A stretch of 64,000 nt of DNA from an uncultured Dehalococcoidia bacterium (GTDB taxonomy: Bacteria > Chloroflexota > Dehalococcoidia > Lucifugimonadales > UBA3495), in contig CATMOE010000001.1 in NCBI GenBank assembly GCA_950072105.1, positions 96,001 to 160,000 on the forward strand, in the 5' to 3' direction. The notes beneath the pieces were generated by a model, which ran no database searches, had not been told where the DNA came from, and saw only the letters and a list, made by a program, of their open reading frames with translations. The position numbers were made by a program, and so were the translations under genes. This document shows positions 21,412-32,332 of the stretch, piece after piece. Every line of letters starts with the position of its first letter. Within the stretch, counting starts at the first letter, position 1.

Positions 21412-21514
21412 CCGTCATTCCGGCGAACGCCGGAATCCAGGCCGCATTCCGTCTCAGGGGCAAACGCCGCAGAAAAGCTCACAAATCTGAGTCCCGGCTT
21501 CTGCCGGGACGATG
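21412..21514. repeat. REP-like inverted doublet (GTCATTCCGGCGAANGCCGGAATCCAG family)
   Basis: ccgtcattccggcgaacgccggaatccagg ... gtcccggcttctgccgggacga; second locus at 26111. Confidence 0.75.
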
Positions 21515-21530
21515 GGTGGAGTAGTTTTGG

Positions 21531-23246
21531 CTAGGGGACGTCATTCGATCCGGCATAGACCTGGGTACCTGGATGAAACGAGTACCACCCGAACCAATAG
21601 GATGCTCGACTGGGCAGCCTGGCAAGCCGCTCAGTGGGGTTTTCTACTAATACCAACGCCTCTTCCTCGATTTGCCAAGGCCGGTCGTTCATGTCAGTCA
21701 GGGTAATGCTCCCATCCCCAGATCCGGTTCGCGGCAAGCGAAACTTATATGACCCTCTTTCGTAAGCCCGGGCACCCACCTGGTCAGTTGCGACAACCAC
21801 TAATGCTTGTCCCGACACCGTGTCATTGATTACCAGCTCCTTGGACAGTGACTCAAACGGATAAGCCTTGGCTTGCCCATTCAAAATCAACCCTAGGACT
21901 TGGGCTTTTGTGGCCAAAAGCTCGGCGCGTTGGGGGACCGGAAATATGGTGTCCGGGGTATTACGGTAGCGGAAGTATATCGACCGGCGGTCATCCTCGG
22001 GCGCATAGCTGCTGGGCGGATACACCCCGGTTTCGATGCTCAGTACGGTGGTGTCCGGATGAAGCGCCAGCCAGTCGGCCCATGTTGTCAGCGCTACGGG
22101 AATCAGCTCAAGCTTCACGCCGCTGTCGCCCAAAGGTCCCACAACCGGCTCACCTAAGAACTGGTGCCACAACGATTTGGTCCCCCGGTCGTACATCAGC
22201 TTGTTGCTGTGATAAAGCATGCCCGACGTACCGAAACTCAGGACCTCTCCATCTACCTTCGTGGAATACACGATTCCAAAGCCGCAGAGAGTTCAATATG
22301 CGAGGGCGAAGGGAACGCCGCCAAGAACGTCGTTGGCCATCTCGTGGGGGTTTAGGATTCGCAGCGGGTAGGCCCGGTGTTCTTCGTTTATCAAAACGCC
22401 GAAAACCCGGTCCGTGGGCCTCAGATACCTGGCATCCAGAGCGGGAATCGAGGTTGGGTTAATCAGGTCCGGTATGCCATCCTTGGCAACCCCTCCCCCC
22501 ACCGCTTCTTCCAAGCGGATACGAGTTTTCACGCCGTCGTAGAAGAAGGCCCCCATGCCCGGGTCGATGTGGGCCAGGAAGCGGCCTTTCCACTCGGCAT
22601 AGCCCATGGGCGGCTCGATCTCAGGATGGCCGGCCAGCCATACGCTCCACTGCATCCATTCGTTCCGCTCCGTCGAGTCAGGTTTGGCATCGTCGCCAAC
22701 CAATCGATCTAGGTAGGAGCTGTAACTGGCCCGTCCTTCGTAATATATCTGCAGACGCAAGAAGTCGACTAAGATAGGAACGTAGGCGAGGTCACCGGAT
22801 TCCGCCATTTTATCGGCCACATACTCCAGTCCGAGGAGAACCGGGCCGAACCGGGGCATGTCAGGGTCGTCACCAATCTGGTGGAAGATTGGCAGAGAAC
22901 TTAGGGCCGAGGCCAGAAGGGCCTGGTGTTTATCGTTTCCAGGATCGGAGGCCGCCGGGCCGGTGGTGGAAGGTGATGAGAGATTGGGATCAACAACGGC
23001 TACAACGCCACTTGCGGCCGGGTTAGAACGTGTGGCGGTAGGCTCCGCTTGCCTGACGGTAGGCGACGGTCGCGGCGCGACGAGGGTCGGTTCTGGCGAC
23101 GGTACAGTGCTCGCTGGCGCCCCCGTGGAGTTGCAAGCCAAGCTCACAACTAAGAACGCCATAAGCAACAATAAACCGGCGGGCTTCAGTCCAAGCACAA
23201 CCCATCCACGGCTTCTGTATATTATTGCCGGCATCTGTGACCTCAA
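21531..23246 (-). CDS. DUF3179 domain-containing selenoprotein (putative lipoprotein); Sec at TGA 22293-22295
   Basis: ORFs 22293..23246 and 21531..22271 share a frame, joined by FALAY-TGA-TLCGFGIVYST (UxxC at the family CPLC site); KDGIP, HEMAND, FGTSGMLY..NKLMYDR..SLW motifs; downstream hairpin; lipobox-like VSLAC; start uncertain. Confidence 0.88.
22262..22278 (-). promoter_or_regulatory. Putative bSECIS upper stem (DUF3179)
   Basis: mRNA UGGAAU-CGUGU-AUUCCA starting 14 nt after UGA. Confidence 0.65.
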
Positions 23247-23451
23247 AACCTAATCAACCATGCGTTCAGGGGAGATCGGTGGGTTCGGCTTGGGAACGGT
23301 AAAGGGGTTGGTTTCTTGTGCTGGACCGCCTAGCGGGGAGTTTCGCCAAGCGCGGCATCGCTGCTATATATAACGGAAGAATCCGGCTCGCGGTTTCATT
23401 GATGGATGGTGAGGGTGACGGCCGCCAGGTATCCTGATCGCCGATTCAGAC

Positions 23452-24474
23452 CTACCAGTTGGGATTTCGGTCCTCGGAGCTGTTGTTGGTCATGCGCAAT
23501 TGATTGATCCCATTCGATTCCATCACGAAGATCTCCCCTTCTCCGTACAGATGGGATACAAAGGCGATGCGCTTGCCATCACGGGACCAGGAAGGCATCA
23601 GGTCTTCGACCTCGTTGTTGGTTAGCCGGACCTGCTTGGACCCGTCGCCCCGCATGGTGTAAACCTCGGAATTACCGTCCCGGGACGAAACAAATACTAT
23701 GGACTTGCTGTCGGGAGACCAGGAGGCCCCCCGGTCCGAAACGTCGTTCTGAGTCAGACGGATCGACTCAGGTTCGTCTTGCCAGGTGCGTCTTTTCAGC
23801 TTGCTGAGGGTGTAGATCTCCTCCTCACCGCCTTCTCCCCGGACGAAAACAATGTGTAGGCCGTCGGGAGACCAGGAAGGCGAGTGATCGAGGCCGGTGG
23901 TCAGATGAACCAGGTTGACTCCATCCGGGTTGCGCAGCCAAAGCCCCCGTTCCTCTTCATCACCCAGGACGTAAAACACCAGCCATACACCGTCTGGGGA
24001 CCAATCTCCCAATCGTTCTTGGCTATCGTTGGAGGTGATGCGAGTTGGATTGGCGCCATCGGAGTCCATCAGATACAAGTCGGTCTGGCCGTCGCGTTGC
24101 GAGATAAACGCCAGCCTTTTGCCATCGGGAGACCACCGGGGCGAAACGTCATCTCCGGCTTCGTGAGTTAGCCGCGTGATGACCTCACCCTTCCGGTCTA
24201 CCACGTTGATCTCCAGGTCGCCGGATTCGTCCGACAGATACGCTATGTGCTTCCCATCCGGAGAAAGTCTGGGACCGTAGTCGGCGCTACCGTTGTTGGT
24301 CAAGGAAATGGACTCGCCGGATCTTGCGTTAAGCAGGACCACTTCCAAGTCCCCGTCGGCCGACGACACGTACACGATTTCCTGAGATGAAGAGGAAAGG
24401 CAAGCAATGCCCAAAGCTAGGGCGAGCGGAAATAAGATTAATCCGAAAAGACGGGACAAGTACGGCAATTTCAT
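23452..24474 (-). CDS. TolB-like beta-propeller (PD40 repeats) exported protein
   Basis: Repeated WSPDG/SPDGK motifs; N-terminal signal/lipobox-like LGIAC; ATG 24474. Confidence 0.9.
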   Translation of the reverse strand: MKLPYLSRLFGLILFPLALALGIACLSSSSQEIVYVSSADGDLEVVLLNARSGESISLTNNGSADYGPRLSPDGKHIAYLSDESGDLEINVVDRKGEVITRLTHEAGDDVSPRWSPDGKRLAFISQRDGQTDLYLMDSDGANPTRITSNDSQERLGDWSPDGVWLVFYVLGDEEERGLWLRNPDGVNLVHLTTGLDHSPSWSPDGLHIVFVRGEGGEEEIYTLSKLKRRTWQDEPESIRLTQNDVSDRGASWSPDSKSIVFVSSRDGNSEVYTMRGDGSKQVRLTNNEVEDLMPSWSRDGKRIAFVSHLYGEGEIFVMESNGINQLRMTNNSSEDRNPNW

Positions 24475-24823
24475 TCTATATCCCCAGGTTGACTGCCAGG
24501 TGCGGACACCGAGACCGCCGCCCCACACCTAAGATTACCTTGATGTGGATTATATCCAATCACAACGCATCGTTAGCTTGCCGCGAAACACCCGGTTTAA
24601 CCTGAAAAGCCCGGTTTGACGAAAAGCTCTATGTAACCGGCATCTGAGTAGATGCTCGAATACCTACCGGCTGAAAAGGATAGCCGTATCAGTAGCAGTC
24701 TGAACACCGAACGAATAACTATACCTGCTTGTCTCTTGACAGGGCTGGCGGCGTATTTTAGCATCACGGCAACCGGCGAAAGCAGCGACATGGCAATTGC
24801 GTAGCCGCCGATGGAGGTACGAC

Positions 24824-26083
24824 ATGAAGGTATTTATAAACGCAAACTTGATCGACGGCAACGGCGGTCCGGTCATTAACGACGCGGCGGTGTTGATCAA
24901 CGGCGAACGCATTGTATCCGCCGGTCCTCGAGCCGCCGCGACTTGGCCGGACGGAACCGAGGTTGTGGATGTAACCGGGTTGACAATCATGCCCGGCCTC
25001 ATCGACTGCCACGATCACTTGGCTTCCAAGGACTACACAATGGCCAGCCGGTGGGGCCTCACCGAGCCCATATCCCTAGGTTATCTGCGGACGGCCAAGG
25101 CACTGGAAGATACGTTGTTGGCCGGATACACCTGCGTAAGGGAAGCCGGTGGATTGGACATCGGATTCAAACAGGCCATCGAAGAAGGTCTGATACCCGG
25201 ACCCAGATTGGTACTAACGGTGGGAATACTTTCCCCCACCGGCGGCCTGGCCGACCGTCCCAGTCCCTCCGGGCACCACAACCCCTTCCACGTCGACGCC
25301 CGCATCCCCGTAGGAGTGGCCGATGGCCCCGACGGTGTACGGGCCAAAGTACGGGAGATGGCCCGGGTAGGGGCCGACCAGATCAAGTTCGCCACCACCG
25401 GAGGGGCCAGTTCCCGCCCAGGCCACGGCACCATGGATATTGAGTTCGGCAAGGACGAAGTCAAGGCCCTGATCGAAGAGTCGGCGTCTTTGGGCCGCGC
25501 CACCATGTGTCACGCGGTTGGCGGTCCCGGACTGCGCATGGCCATCGAAGCCGGCGCCGGCTCCATCGAGCACGGCTGCTATCTGGCCGATGATCCAGAC
25601 CTGCTGAAAATGATGGCGGATCAGGGCACCTTTTTCGTGCCTACTTTTGAAGTATACGAATTCCACTCCACCGTCAGCGCACCCCACATGATAGCCCGAG
25701 CCCAGGCCTTGATGGATGTCCACCAGGAGAGCCTGCACAAGGCCGCGGAAGCTGGGGTTAGGATAGTCGCCGGTACCGACGCCGGGGGATTCGTTCATGG
25801 GGACAACGCCAAGGAAGTGGAGATCCTGGTAAATCGGGGCATGACCCCCATGCAAGCCATCCAGGCCGCCACCGGCCTGGCCGCCCAGTGCGCCGGTTTG
25901 CAGAAGGACATCGGCACCCTGGAAGCGGGCAAATTTGCCGACCTGCTGATTCTCGACGGAGATCCTTCGAAAGACATCACCATATTGAGGAACCGGGACA
26001 AGATCAAGATGGTGATGAAGGGCGGAGAAGCCTTCGTTAACACAGTGCCGGTTGCAACGGGTTCTCCCCAGCCCGTAAGCTGA
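24824..26083 (+). CDS. Amidohydrolase family protein (Xaa-Pro dipeptidase-like)
   Basis: PGLIDCHDH, IKFATTGG, CHAVG, SIEHG, AGTDAG, GKFADL; GGAGG before ATG 24824. Confidence 0.9.
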   Translation: MKVFINANLIDGNGGPVINDAAVLINGERIVSAGPRAAATWPDGTEVVDVTGLTIMPGLIDCHDHLASKDYTMASRWGLTEPISLGYLRTAKALEDTLLAGYTCVREAGGLDIGFKQAIEEGLIPGPRLVLTVGILSPTGGLADRPSPSGHHNPFHVDARIPVGVADGPDGVRAKVREMARVGADQIKFATTGGASSRPGHGTMDIEFGKDEVKALIEESASLGRATMCHAVGGPGLRMAIEAGAGSIEHGCYLADDPDLLKMMADQGTFFVPTFEVYEFHSTVSAPHMIARAQALMDVHQESLHKAAEAGVRIVAGTDAGGFVHGDNAKEVEILVNRGMTPMQAIQAATGLAAQCAGLQKDIGTLEAGKFADLLILDGDPSKDITILRNRDKIKMVMKGGEAFVNTVPVATGSPQPVS

Positions 26084-26110
26084 CCCTCTAGAGTTCCGGC
26101 AATATCGAAT

Positions 26111-26191
26111 CCGTCACGCCGGCGTAGGCCGGTGTCCAGGATCGCCGCTGTAGAGACGTGTTCTGGATTCCGGCCTTCGCCGGAATGACGG
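26111..26191. repeat. REP-like inverted doublet, same family as 21412
   Basis: ccgtcacgccggcgtaggccggtgtccagg ... ctggattccggccttcgccggaatgacgg. Confidence 0.78.
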
Positions 26192-26254
26192 ATGCGTGAC
26201 TGATACCCTGCCCGGAGATTGGAGCAGGGTTAGGGCTTCCTGTATCATGACCCC

Positions 26255-27016
26255 ATGATTTTCAAAGTCCTAACCCTCTTCCCCGAAGTTTTCCAAGCGC
26301 CCCTGGAGTCCAGCATGGTAGGCCTGGCCCGCCAGCGGGGACTGGTTACCATAGAAGTCACCGACATCAGGTCTTACACCCACGACCCTCACGGGACCGC
26401 AGACGATTACCAATTTGGCGGCGGTCCCGGCATGGTCCTCAAGCCCGACCCCATCTTTGAAGCGGTTGACGACGTTCTGTCCGCCCACTCGGTCGAGCAG
26501 CGCGCCGGCATCCCCATCATATTGACGTCGCCCCAGGGGGAAACCCTGACTCAAGCCATGGCGCAAGAGCTGTCCCTAGCCCCAGAGATCGTGATTATCT
26601 GTGGCCATTACGCCGGGGTAGACGAACGGGTGCGGCAACACCTGGTTAATCGGGAGGTCAGCATCGGCGACTACGTGCTCACCGGAGGGGAGATTCCGGC
26701 CATGGTTCTGATCGACTCGGTAACTCGGCTGATCCCCGGGGTTATTGGCTCCCAAGAGAATATAGAAGAAGACTCCATCACATCGGGTCTGCTCCAGCAT
26801 CCGTTGTACACCCGTCCGGCGGAATTTCGGGGTATGGCCGCTCCCGAAGTGCTACGCTCCGGTCACCACGCCGAAATACTTAAATGGCGCCGCCGAGAGT
26901 CTCTTAATCGCACGTTAGAGCGGCGGCGCGACTTGCTGGACAAAGCTGAACTAACTACGGACGACCTAACTTACCTACGCTCGCTGGGCTACGCCAGGCC
27001 GGAGTCTTCTCCTTGA
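26255..27016 (+). CDS. trmD: tRNA (guanosine(37)-N1)-methyltransferase
   Basis: LTLFPE, DDYQFGGGPGMV, SPQG, CGHYAGVDER, SIGDYVLTGGE, YTRP, SGHH. Confidence 0.97.
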   Translation: MIFKVLTLFPEVFQAPLESSMVGLARQRGLVTIEVTDIRSYTHDPHGTADDYQFGGGPGMVLKPDPIFEAVDDVLSAHSVEQRAGIPIILTSPQGETLTQAMAQELSLAPEIVIICGHYAGVDERVRQHLVNREVSIGDYVLTGGEIPAMVLIDSVTRLIPGVIGSQENIEEDSITSGLLQHPLYTRPAEFRGMAAPEVLRSGHHAEILKWRRRESLNRTLERRRDLLDKAELTTDDLTYLRSLGYARPESSP

Positions 27017-27083
27017 TGGCCCGGCCACATATCGCTCAACCGACGACAATTCCCACCCCGCCTTCGATCTCATCGGCGGCACG

Positions 27084-27119
27084 CCTCTCCCCGAGGGAGA
27101 GGGGCCGGGGGTGAGGGCC
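27084..27119. repeat. REP-like unit (same family as 6033) abutting the thioesterase start
   Basis: cctctccccgagggagaggggccgggggtgagggc. Confidence 0.7.
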
Positions 27120-27120
27120 C

Positions 27121-27600
27121 ATGCCCAAATCTGACTTCAAATTCCAAACATCTCTTCGTGTCCGCTGGATGGAGTGCGATGCCCAAAGCATCGTCTTCAA
27201 CGGAGCGTACATGGACTACCTGGAAGTCGGCCAGTCGGAATACTATAGAAACCTGGGTTTCAGCATCTACAAAGTTGCCGCACAGGGCTACTTCGACACC
27301 GCGGTAGTCAAGGTAGAGATAGAGTACAAGGCCCCCGCCAGGGTTGACGACATGCTGGATCTCCACGTGCGCGTCTCCCACATCGGCAACACCAGCCTGA
27401 TCCTGAACATCGAGATATATCCCCAGGACTCGCAAAACCTCCTGACAACCATTCAGTCGGTCTACGTTGGCTACCATGCCGATTCGGGAAAAACCCGCCC
27501 AGTACCCGATGAGATGCGGGGACTGATCAACCACTTCGAAGAAACCGGCGAAGTTCTCCCGTTGGACCGCTTCCCCGATCTGGCCGCGGCGGCAAAGTAG
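27121..27600 (+). CDS. Acyl-CoA thioesterase (YbgC/FadM, hotdog fold)
   Basis: VRWMECDAQSIVFNGAYMDYLE, YKAPARVDD, IGNTS. Confidence 0.88.
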   Translation: MPKSDFKFQTSLRVRWMECDAQSIVFNGAYMDYLEVGQSEYYRNLGFSIYKVAAQGYFDTAVVKVEIEYKAPARVDDMLDLHVRVSHIGNTSLILNIEIYPQDSQNLLTTIQSVYVGYHADSGKTRPVPDEMRGLINHFEETGEVLPLDRFPDLAAAAK

Positions 27601-27738
27601 CAGCCAGCGGTCAGCTGTCAGATGTCAGGAAGGACGCCTAACCATTGACGATTACCGTCATCACCGATAGACTTAGCGGGCAATCAACGATCAGCGGAAT
27701 CCGGTCAAGAAAGCTGATCGCTGACGGCTGATAGCTTA
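27601..27738. repeat. Inverted pair of heptamer arrays flanking about 80 bp
   Basis: cagccagcggtcagctgtcagatgtcag ... aagctgatcgctgacggctgatagct. Confidence 0.65.
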
Positions 27739-27752
27739 AAGCCACGGACGTT

Positions 27753-28448
27753 ATGGCTCGAATATTCGACCTTCATATCCACACCACCAAGGGCAGCAGC
27801 GATAGCAATCTTTCCCCGGAAGACCTGATTCTGGAAGCCGAACGGCTGGGCCTGCGAGGCCTTTGCATCACCGAGCACAGCGGCCCCTGGGACCCACATG
27901 AATTCCGCCGATTTGCCGACCGTCACAACGTTGTATTAGTGCGGGCCATGGAAGTAGAAACCGACATGGGACACATGCTGGCTTTCGGTATGGACACTTA
28001 CCAACCGGGGTTCCATAAAGCGGAATTGCTGAGCAAAGCATCAAAAGCGACGGGCGGATTTGTTATAACCGCTCATCCTTTTCGGGCCGTATTCAGCCGG
28101 CCGAAGTTCAACCGCCCTTTGCTTTACAAGTCGGTGGACGATGTACTCCCGGAGCAACCGGAAGACGCCCTCGACCATCCCGTATTTAAACTGGTAAATG
28201 CCGTAGAGGTTGCCAACGGTGGGACCGTGGCTGAGGAGAACGGCTTCGCCATGAAAGTCGCCGGCGCCCTCAACCTGCCGGCCACCGGAGGCAGCGACGC
28301 CCATTCGGTTCATGGCCTGGGCCTTTTCGTAACGGCCTTCCGTGACGAGATCAACAACGAAGAAGAATTCCTGGCGGCCCTCCATGCCGGAGCATTCTAT
28401 CCGGCAGTCGGGCTTCGCACCGGGAATCTTCAGCCCTATACGGCTTAG
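27753..28448 (+). CDS. PHP domain-containing protein
   Basis: DLHIHT, CITEH, GHML, AHPFR, GGSDAH. Confidence 0.9.
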   Translation: MARIFDLHIHTTKGSSDSNLSPEDLILEAERLGLRGLCITEHSGPWDPHEFRRFADRHNVVLVRAMEVETDMGHMLAFGMDTYQPGFHKAELLSKASKATGGFVITAHPFRAVFSRPKFNRPLLYKSVDDVLPEQPEDALDHPVFKLVNAVEVANGGTVAEENGFAMKVAGALNLPATGGSDAHSVHGLGLFVTAFRDEINNEEEFLAALHAGAFYPAVGLRTGNLQPYTA

Positions 28449-28583
28449 ATCGTAGCTGGGTTAATAACCGTCTCGGTGGACTAAAGCGGTTGGTTGAGGA
28501 CGGCGTCCTCAGCTCGGTGGGAGAGGCTAACTCGGCGTTCAGTTTGTCTCGTGATGAAGGGGGTACCGGGAGGACCGGCAAAC

Positions 28584-31421
28584 ATGTCATTACTTTCTCA
28601 GACCATTTCGCCTTTTGAGCAGATCTGCGTGGCGCTGGACCTGGAAACAACAGGCCTGGACGAAAATCGGGACACCATCATCGAGGTGGGCGCGGTCAAG
28701 TTCCAGGGCGAAGAGATCATCGACACCTTCCAGACCTTTGTGAACCCCGGGCGAAACATTCCCGAGTTCATCCAGCGTCTCACCCATATATCTCCCAGCC
28801 AGGTTGCCCGAGCCCCCTTCTTCGGCGCCATCGCCGCTGAAGTGGAGGAGTTTGTCGGCGAACACCCGGTGGTCGGCCACAACGTGAACTTCGACTTGAG
28901 GTTCTTGGCCTCCCACGGGTTGACCCTGAACAATCCCACTTACGACACCTGGGACCTGGCATCCATGTTGCTCCCCAATACCATGCAATACTCCTTGGCG
29001 TTTCTCACCACCCATCTGAACGTGTCGCATATCAAGCCCCATCGCGCCTTGGACGATGCCAAGGCAACCCAGGGCGTCTTTGTCGCCTTGCTGCGCCGGG
29101 CCGCCGAGATGGACCCGGGACTGGTGTCGTACATCGTCGGCCTGGCCACCCGAAGCCGATGGTCCATCGCTCCCCTATTGCAAGGGTTAGACCAGGATGT
29201 AACCTCTTCTGCGCCATCGGCCGTGGGGATGACCGGCCTGGACCTTGAAGCCATCGCCAACCGCTTGAGCCGGCCCGAGAAACGTCAAGCCGCCAGCAGG
29301 CTAAGTTCCCTAGATGAAGAACGAATCGCCGGTTTCCTCGGTCCCAAGGGACCTTTTGCCCAAGCGTTCTCCGGGTTTGAGCATCGTCCGGAACAAGAGG
29401 AAATGCTGGCCAGCGTCACTCGGGCCATCTACCAAGGCCGCCATCTGGTGGTGGAGGGCGGCACCGGCGTCGGCAAGTCCATGGCCTACCTGCTCCCGGC
29501 GGTCCTCTACGCCGTAACCCACGGCGGCAGGGTAGTGGTTTCCACCAACACCATCAATCTGCAGGAACAATTGTTAAAAAAGGACATTCCCGCAGTGGTC
29601 CAGATTTTGGAGGGCGCCGGACTAGTGGACGAGGGAGTGATTCAAGCAGCTTCGTTGAAGGGCCGCAGCAACTACCTTTGTCTGAAACGCTGGAACTACT
29701 TGGCCCGCAGTGATAGCCCCAGCGTCGACGACGCCAGACTCCTGGGCAAGACCGGGGTTTGGCTTCAGGACACCCTCACCGGCGACCGTAGCGAGATCAA
29801 CCTGTCAGGACGGGACGCATTCACCTGGAGCAAGGTTTCCGCGGGAGAAAAGGGATGGTGCCCCGGTCTAAGAGACGGCAGTCCCTGCTTCTTGAGGGCC
29901 GCCAGGGAGCGGGCCGAACAGGCCCATATCATCGTGGTAAACCATGCTCTCTTGATGTCCGACTTGGTTCGGGGCGGGAGTTTGATCCCCGATTATCAAC
30001 ATCTGATCATCGACGAAGCCCACAACCTGGAGGACCAAGCAACCAGCCAATTGGCATTTGAGATTTCCTCGGATCATCTGGAAGAAGCCATAGAAAACCT
30101 CAGTCGATTGACGCTGGAACTGAGAATGGCTCTTCGGGCCGAAGGACCGGCTCCGGCAGTTCGGTCGGAAGGAGAAAAAGTAGCGGCCGAAGTTGAAGAA
30201 AAGCCGCCACGGTTACGAGAACTTTGGGCCAGACTCTGGGCTTCCGGAGAACGTTACCTGCAAGAGCAGCGTCGTCATAACTCTGACGACCAGTCCCCAG
30301 TGTTACTCACTCAAGACGACCGCACCACCCAGATCTGGGAAGATTTATCTCTGGCTTGGGAAAACCTGGATGTAGCGTTACTACAAACCATCCAGGGCGT
30401 TTCCAGGATGCACCGCTTCTTGGACACCACCGAATTGCCTGGGGCGGGTGATCAACCTTCCTTGGTGATGGAAGCCGGACAGATGCAAGACAACCTGGAC
30501 CAATTGCGGGACCGGTTAGGGTCGATACTTGGCCCGCCCAACGATGACCTGATTCTTTGGATCGCCCGCGGTCAGGGAAGAACCGAGATCAGCTTCAACG
30601 CTGCGCCCCTCGACGTTGCTCCAACCCTGGAAGACCAACTCTTCGGCAAGAAAGAGAGCGTGGTATTGACCAGCGCCACCCTTAGCACCGACGGTAACTT
30701 CGACTATCTGCGTAGGCGGTCCGGTGTGCCCGCCGACAGTGATGAGTTGCTTGTTGGGTCGCCCTTCGATTACCAGAGAGCAGCCCTATTATTGATCCCC
30801 GAGGATATGCCTCAACCCAACTCCGACGGTTATATCCAAGCCATCTCCCAGGTCTTGATTGACCTTGCCCGGTCCCTTGGCGGCCACACCATGGCCCTCT
30901 TTACTTCTTATTCGTCCCTTCGCGGGGTCAGCCAGAGAGTGCGAGAAGCGCTGCAAGCCCACGACATCGGAGTGATGGCCCAGAGTATCGACGGCTCGGC
31001 GCCCCAACTCATGACCCGGTTCGCCGAAAACCCGAATAACCTGTTGCTGGGCGCCAGCAGTTTCTGGGAAGGGGTGGACATGCCCAACGGCGCGGTCAAG
31101 GCTCTGGTCCTGACTCGCCTTCCGTTCCAAGTACCCACCGACCCTATAGTCCGCTCCCGATCGGCACAGTACGAGGACCCGTTCAAGGAGTATTCCATTC
31201 CTCAAGCGGTGCTCAAGTTCCGGCAGGGGATCGGCCGGTTGATCCGCAGCAAAGAAGACCGGGGAACCATCGTCGTGTTGGATAAGCGAATATCCGGTCG
31301 GTCCTATGGAAAGTCCTTCCTCAAGTCCATACCTGAATGTACGACGCTACCAAGCAATCTGGGGACGGTGGGCACATTGGCGGCCCACTGGATGGGAGGT
31401 GACCGTGCAAATCGTTCCTGA
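28584..31421 (+). CDS. dinG: DnaQ-type exonuclease / DinG family helicase fusion
   Basis: DLETTG and HRALDDA exonuclease motifs; EGGTGVGKS, KGRSNYLC, DEAH, FWEGVD, QGIGRLIR. Confidence 0.92.
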   Translation: MSLLSQTISPFEQICVALDLETTGLDENRDTIIEVGAVKFQGEEIIDTFQTFVNPGRNIPEFIQRLTHISPSQVARAPFFGAIAAEVEEFVGEHPVVGHNVNFDLRFLASHGLTLNNPTYDTWDLASMLLPNTMQYSLAFLTTHLNVSHIKPHRALDDAKATQGVFVALLRRAAEMDPGLVSYIVGLATRSRWSIAPLLQGLDQDVTSSAPSAVGMTGLDLEAIANRLSRPEKRQAASRLSSLDEERIAGFLGPKGPFAQAFSGFEHRPEQEEMLASVTRAIYQGRHLVVEGGTGVGKSMAYLLPAVLYAVTHGGRVVVSTNTINLQEQLLKKDIPAVVQILEGAGLVDEGVIQAASLKGRSNYLCLKRWNYLARSDSPSVDDARLLGKTGVWLQDTLTGDRSEINLSGRDAFTWSKVSAGEKGWCPGLRDGSPCFLRAARERAEQAHIIVVNHALLMSDLVRGGSLIPDYQHLIIDEAHNLEDQATSQLAFEISSDHLEEAIENLSRLTLELRMALRAEGPAPAVRSEGEKVAAEVEEKPPRLRELWARLWASGERYLQEQRRHNSDDQSPVLLTQDDRTTQIWEDLSLAWENLDVALLQTIQGVSRMHRFLDTTELPGAGDQPSLVMEAGQMQDNLDQLRDRLGSILGPPNDDLILWIARGQGRTEISFNAAPLDVAPTLEDQLFGKKESVVLTSATLSTDGNFDYLRRRSGVPADSDELLVGSPFDYQRAALLLIPEDMPQPNSDGYIQAISQVLIDLARSLGGHTMALFTSYSSLRGVSQRVREALQAHDIGVMAQSIDGSAPQLMTRFAENPNNLLLGASSFWEGVDMPNGAVKALVLTRLPFQVPTDPIVRSRSAQYEDPFKEYSIPQAVLKFRQGIGRLIRSKEDRGTIVVLDKRISGRSYGKSFLKSIPECTTLPSNLGTVGTLAAHWMGGDRANRS

Positions 31422-32247
31422 ACAACCGTTGGACATGGTAGCCAGTCTGGAGAGCGGGCAAGCCCACCGCTGGAAAAAGGAGGACGGCTGGCACACCAGT
31501 GTCGTCCAAGGCAACTACATCAAGATACGCCAGACGGACGATTACATCGAGTACCATTGCGCGCCCAACTCGGAAGAGTCGATACTGCCCCTGATGCGCA
31601 GCTATTTCAGGATGGATGACGATCTGGACGACGTCTACTCTGAAATCACCCGGGACGACCGGGTCGCCACCATGGTGGACCGTTACCCTGGGCTGCGGCT
31701 GCTGCGCCAGGAGCCTTGGGAATGTTTCATCGCGTTCATCACCTCCGCCAACTCCAATATCCCCCGTATTCACCAGGGGATGGAAAAAATGGCGGCGAGC
31801 TATGGCAACCCGATCTATATGGACGGGTCAGTGCGTCATGCCTTCCCCAATCCGGAGCAACTGGCCGGCGCCGGGGAGATGGGATTGCGCCAACTGGGTC
31901 TGGGATTCAGAGCGCCCTACGTAGACCAAGCGGCAAAACTAGTCGCCGAAGCCCGTCTGAACCTGGACGTTCTGGTAGACCTGCCCTATGAAGACGCCAA
32001 AGCAAAGTTGATGGAATGCAAAGGAATCGGTCCGAAGATTGCCGATTGCATCGCCGTCTTCTCCTTGGACAAGCTGGAGGCGTTCCCCATAGACGTCTGG
32101 GTGCGAAGAGCTTTAGGAGACTGGTACTTCCCCGGCGAGAAGCCACGCCCGGACCGGGTATTACTTGAGTGGGCTCAAGGCTACTTCGGTCAATACTGCG
32201 GCTACGCCCAGCAATACCTCTTCCACGGCCGGCGGATGGAGAAATAG
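31405..32247 (+). CDS. ogg: 8-oxoguanine DNA glycosylase (Ogg1-like HhH-GPD)
   Basis: ESGQAHRW, GLRLLRQEPWE, SANSNIPRI, GIGPKIADC, FPIDVWV, GYAQQYLF; GTG start after GGAGG. Confidence 0.9.
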   Translation: MQIVPEQPLDMVASLESGQAHRWKKEDGWHTSVVQGNYIKIRQTDDYIEYHCAPNSEESILPLMRSYFRMDDDLDDVYSEITRDDRVATMVDRYPGLRLLRQEPWECFIAFITSANSNIPRIHQGMEKMAASYGNPIYMDGSVRHAFPNPEQLAGAGEMGLRQLGLGFRAPYVDQAAKLVAEARLNLDVLVDLPYEDAKAKLMECKGIGPKIADCIAVFSLDKLEAFPIDVWVRRALGDWYFPGEKPRPDRVLLEWAQGYFGQYCGYAQQYLFHGRRMEK

Positions 32248-32332
32248 CTGGCTGTTCTTCCGGCGAGGTATCAAACTTTCAAGCTTTTCGGCCCGATATC
32301 GGGAACGCCGGACTAGCATTCAACTTATAAGG

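Noticed and set aside
21531..23246. DUF3179, DsbA, ArsC and UGSC genes as nonsense pseudogenes
   Set aside because: All four stops are TGA, at catalytic Cys positions, and each is followed by a SECIS-like hairpin; Sec recoding is more parsimonious.
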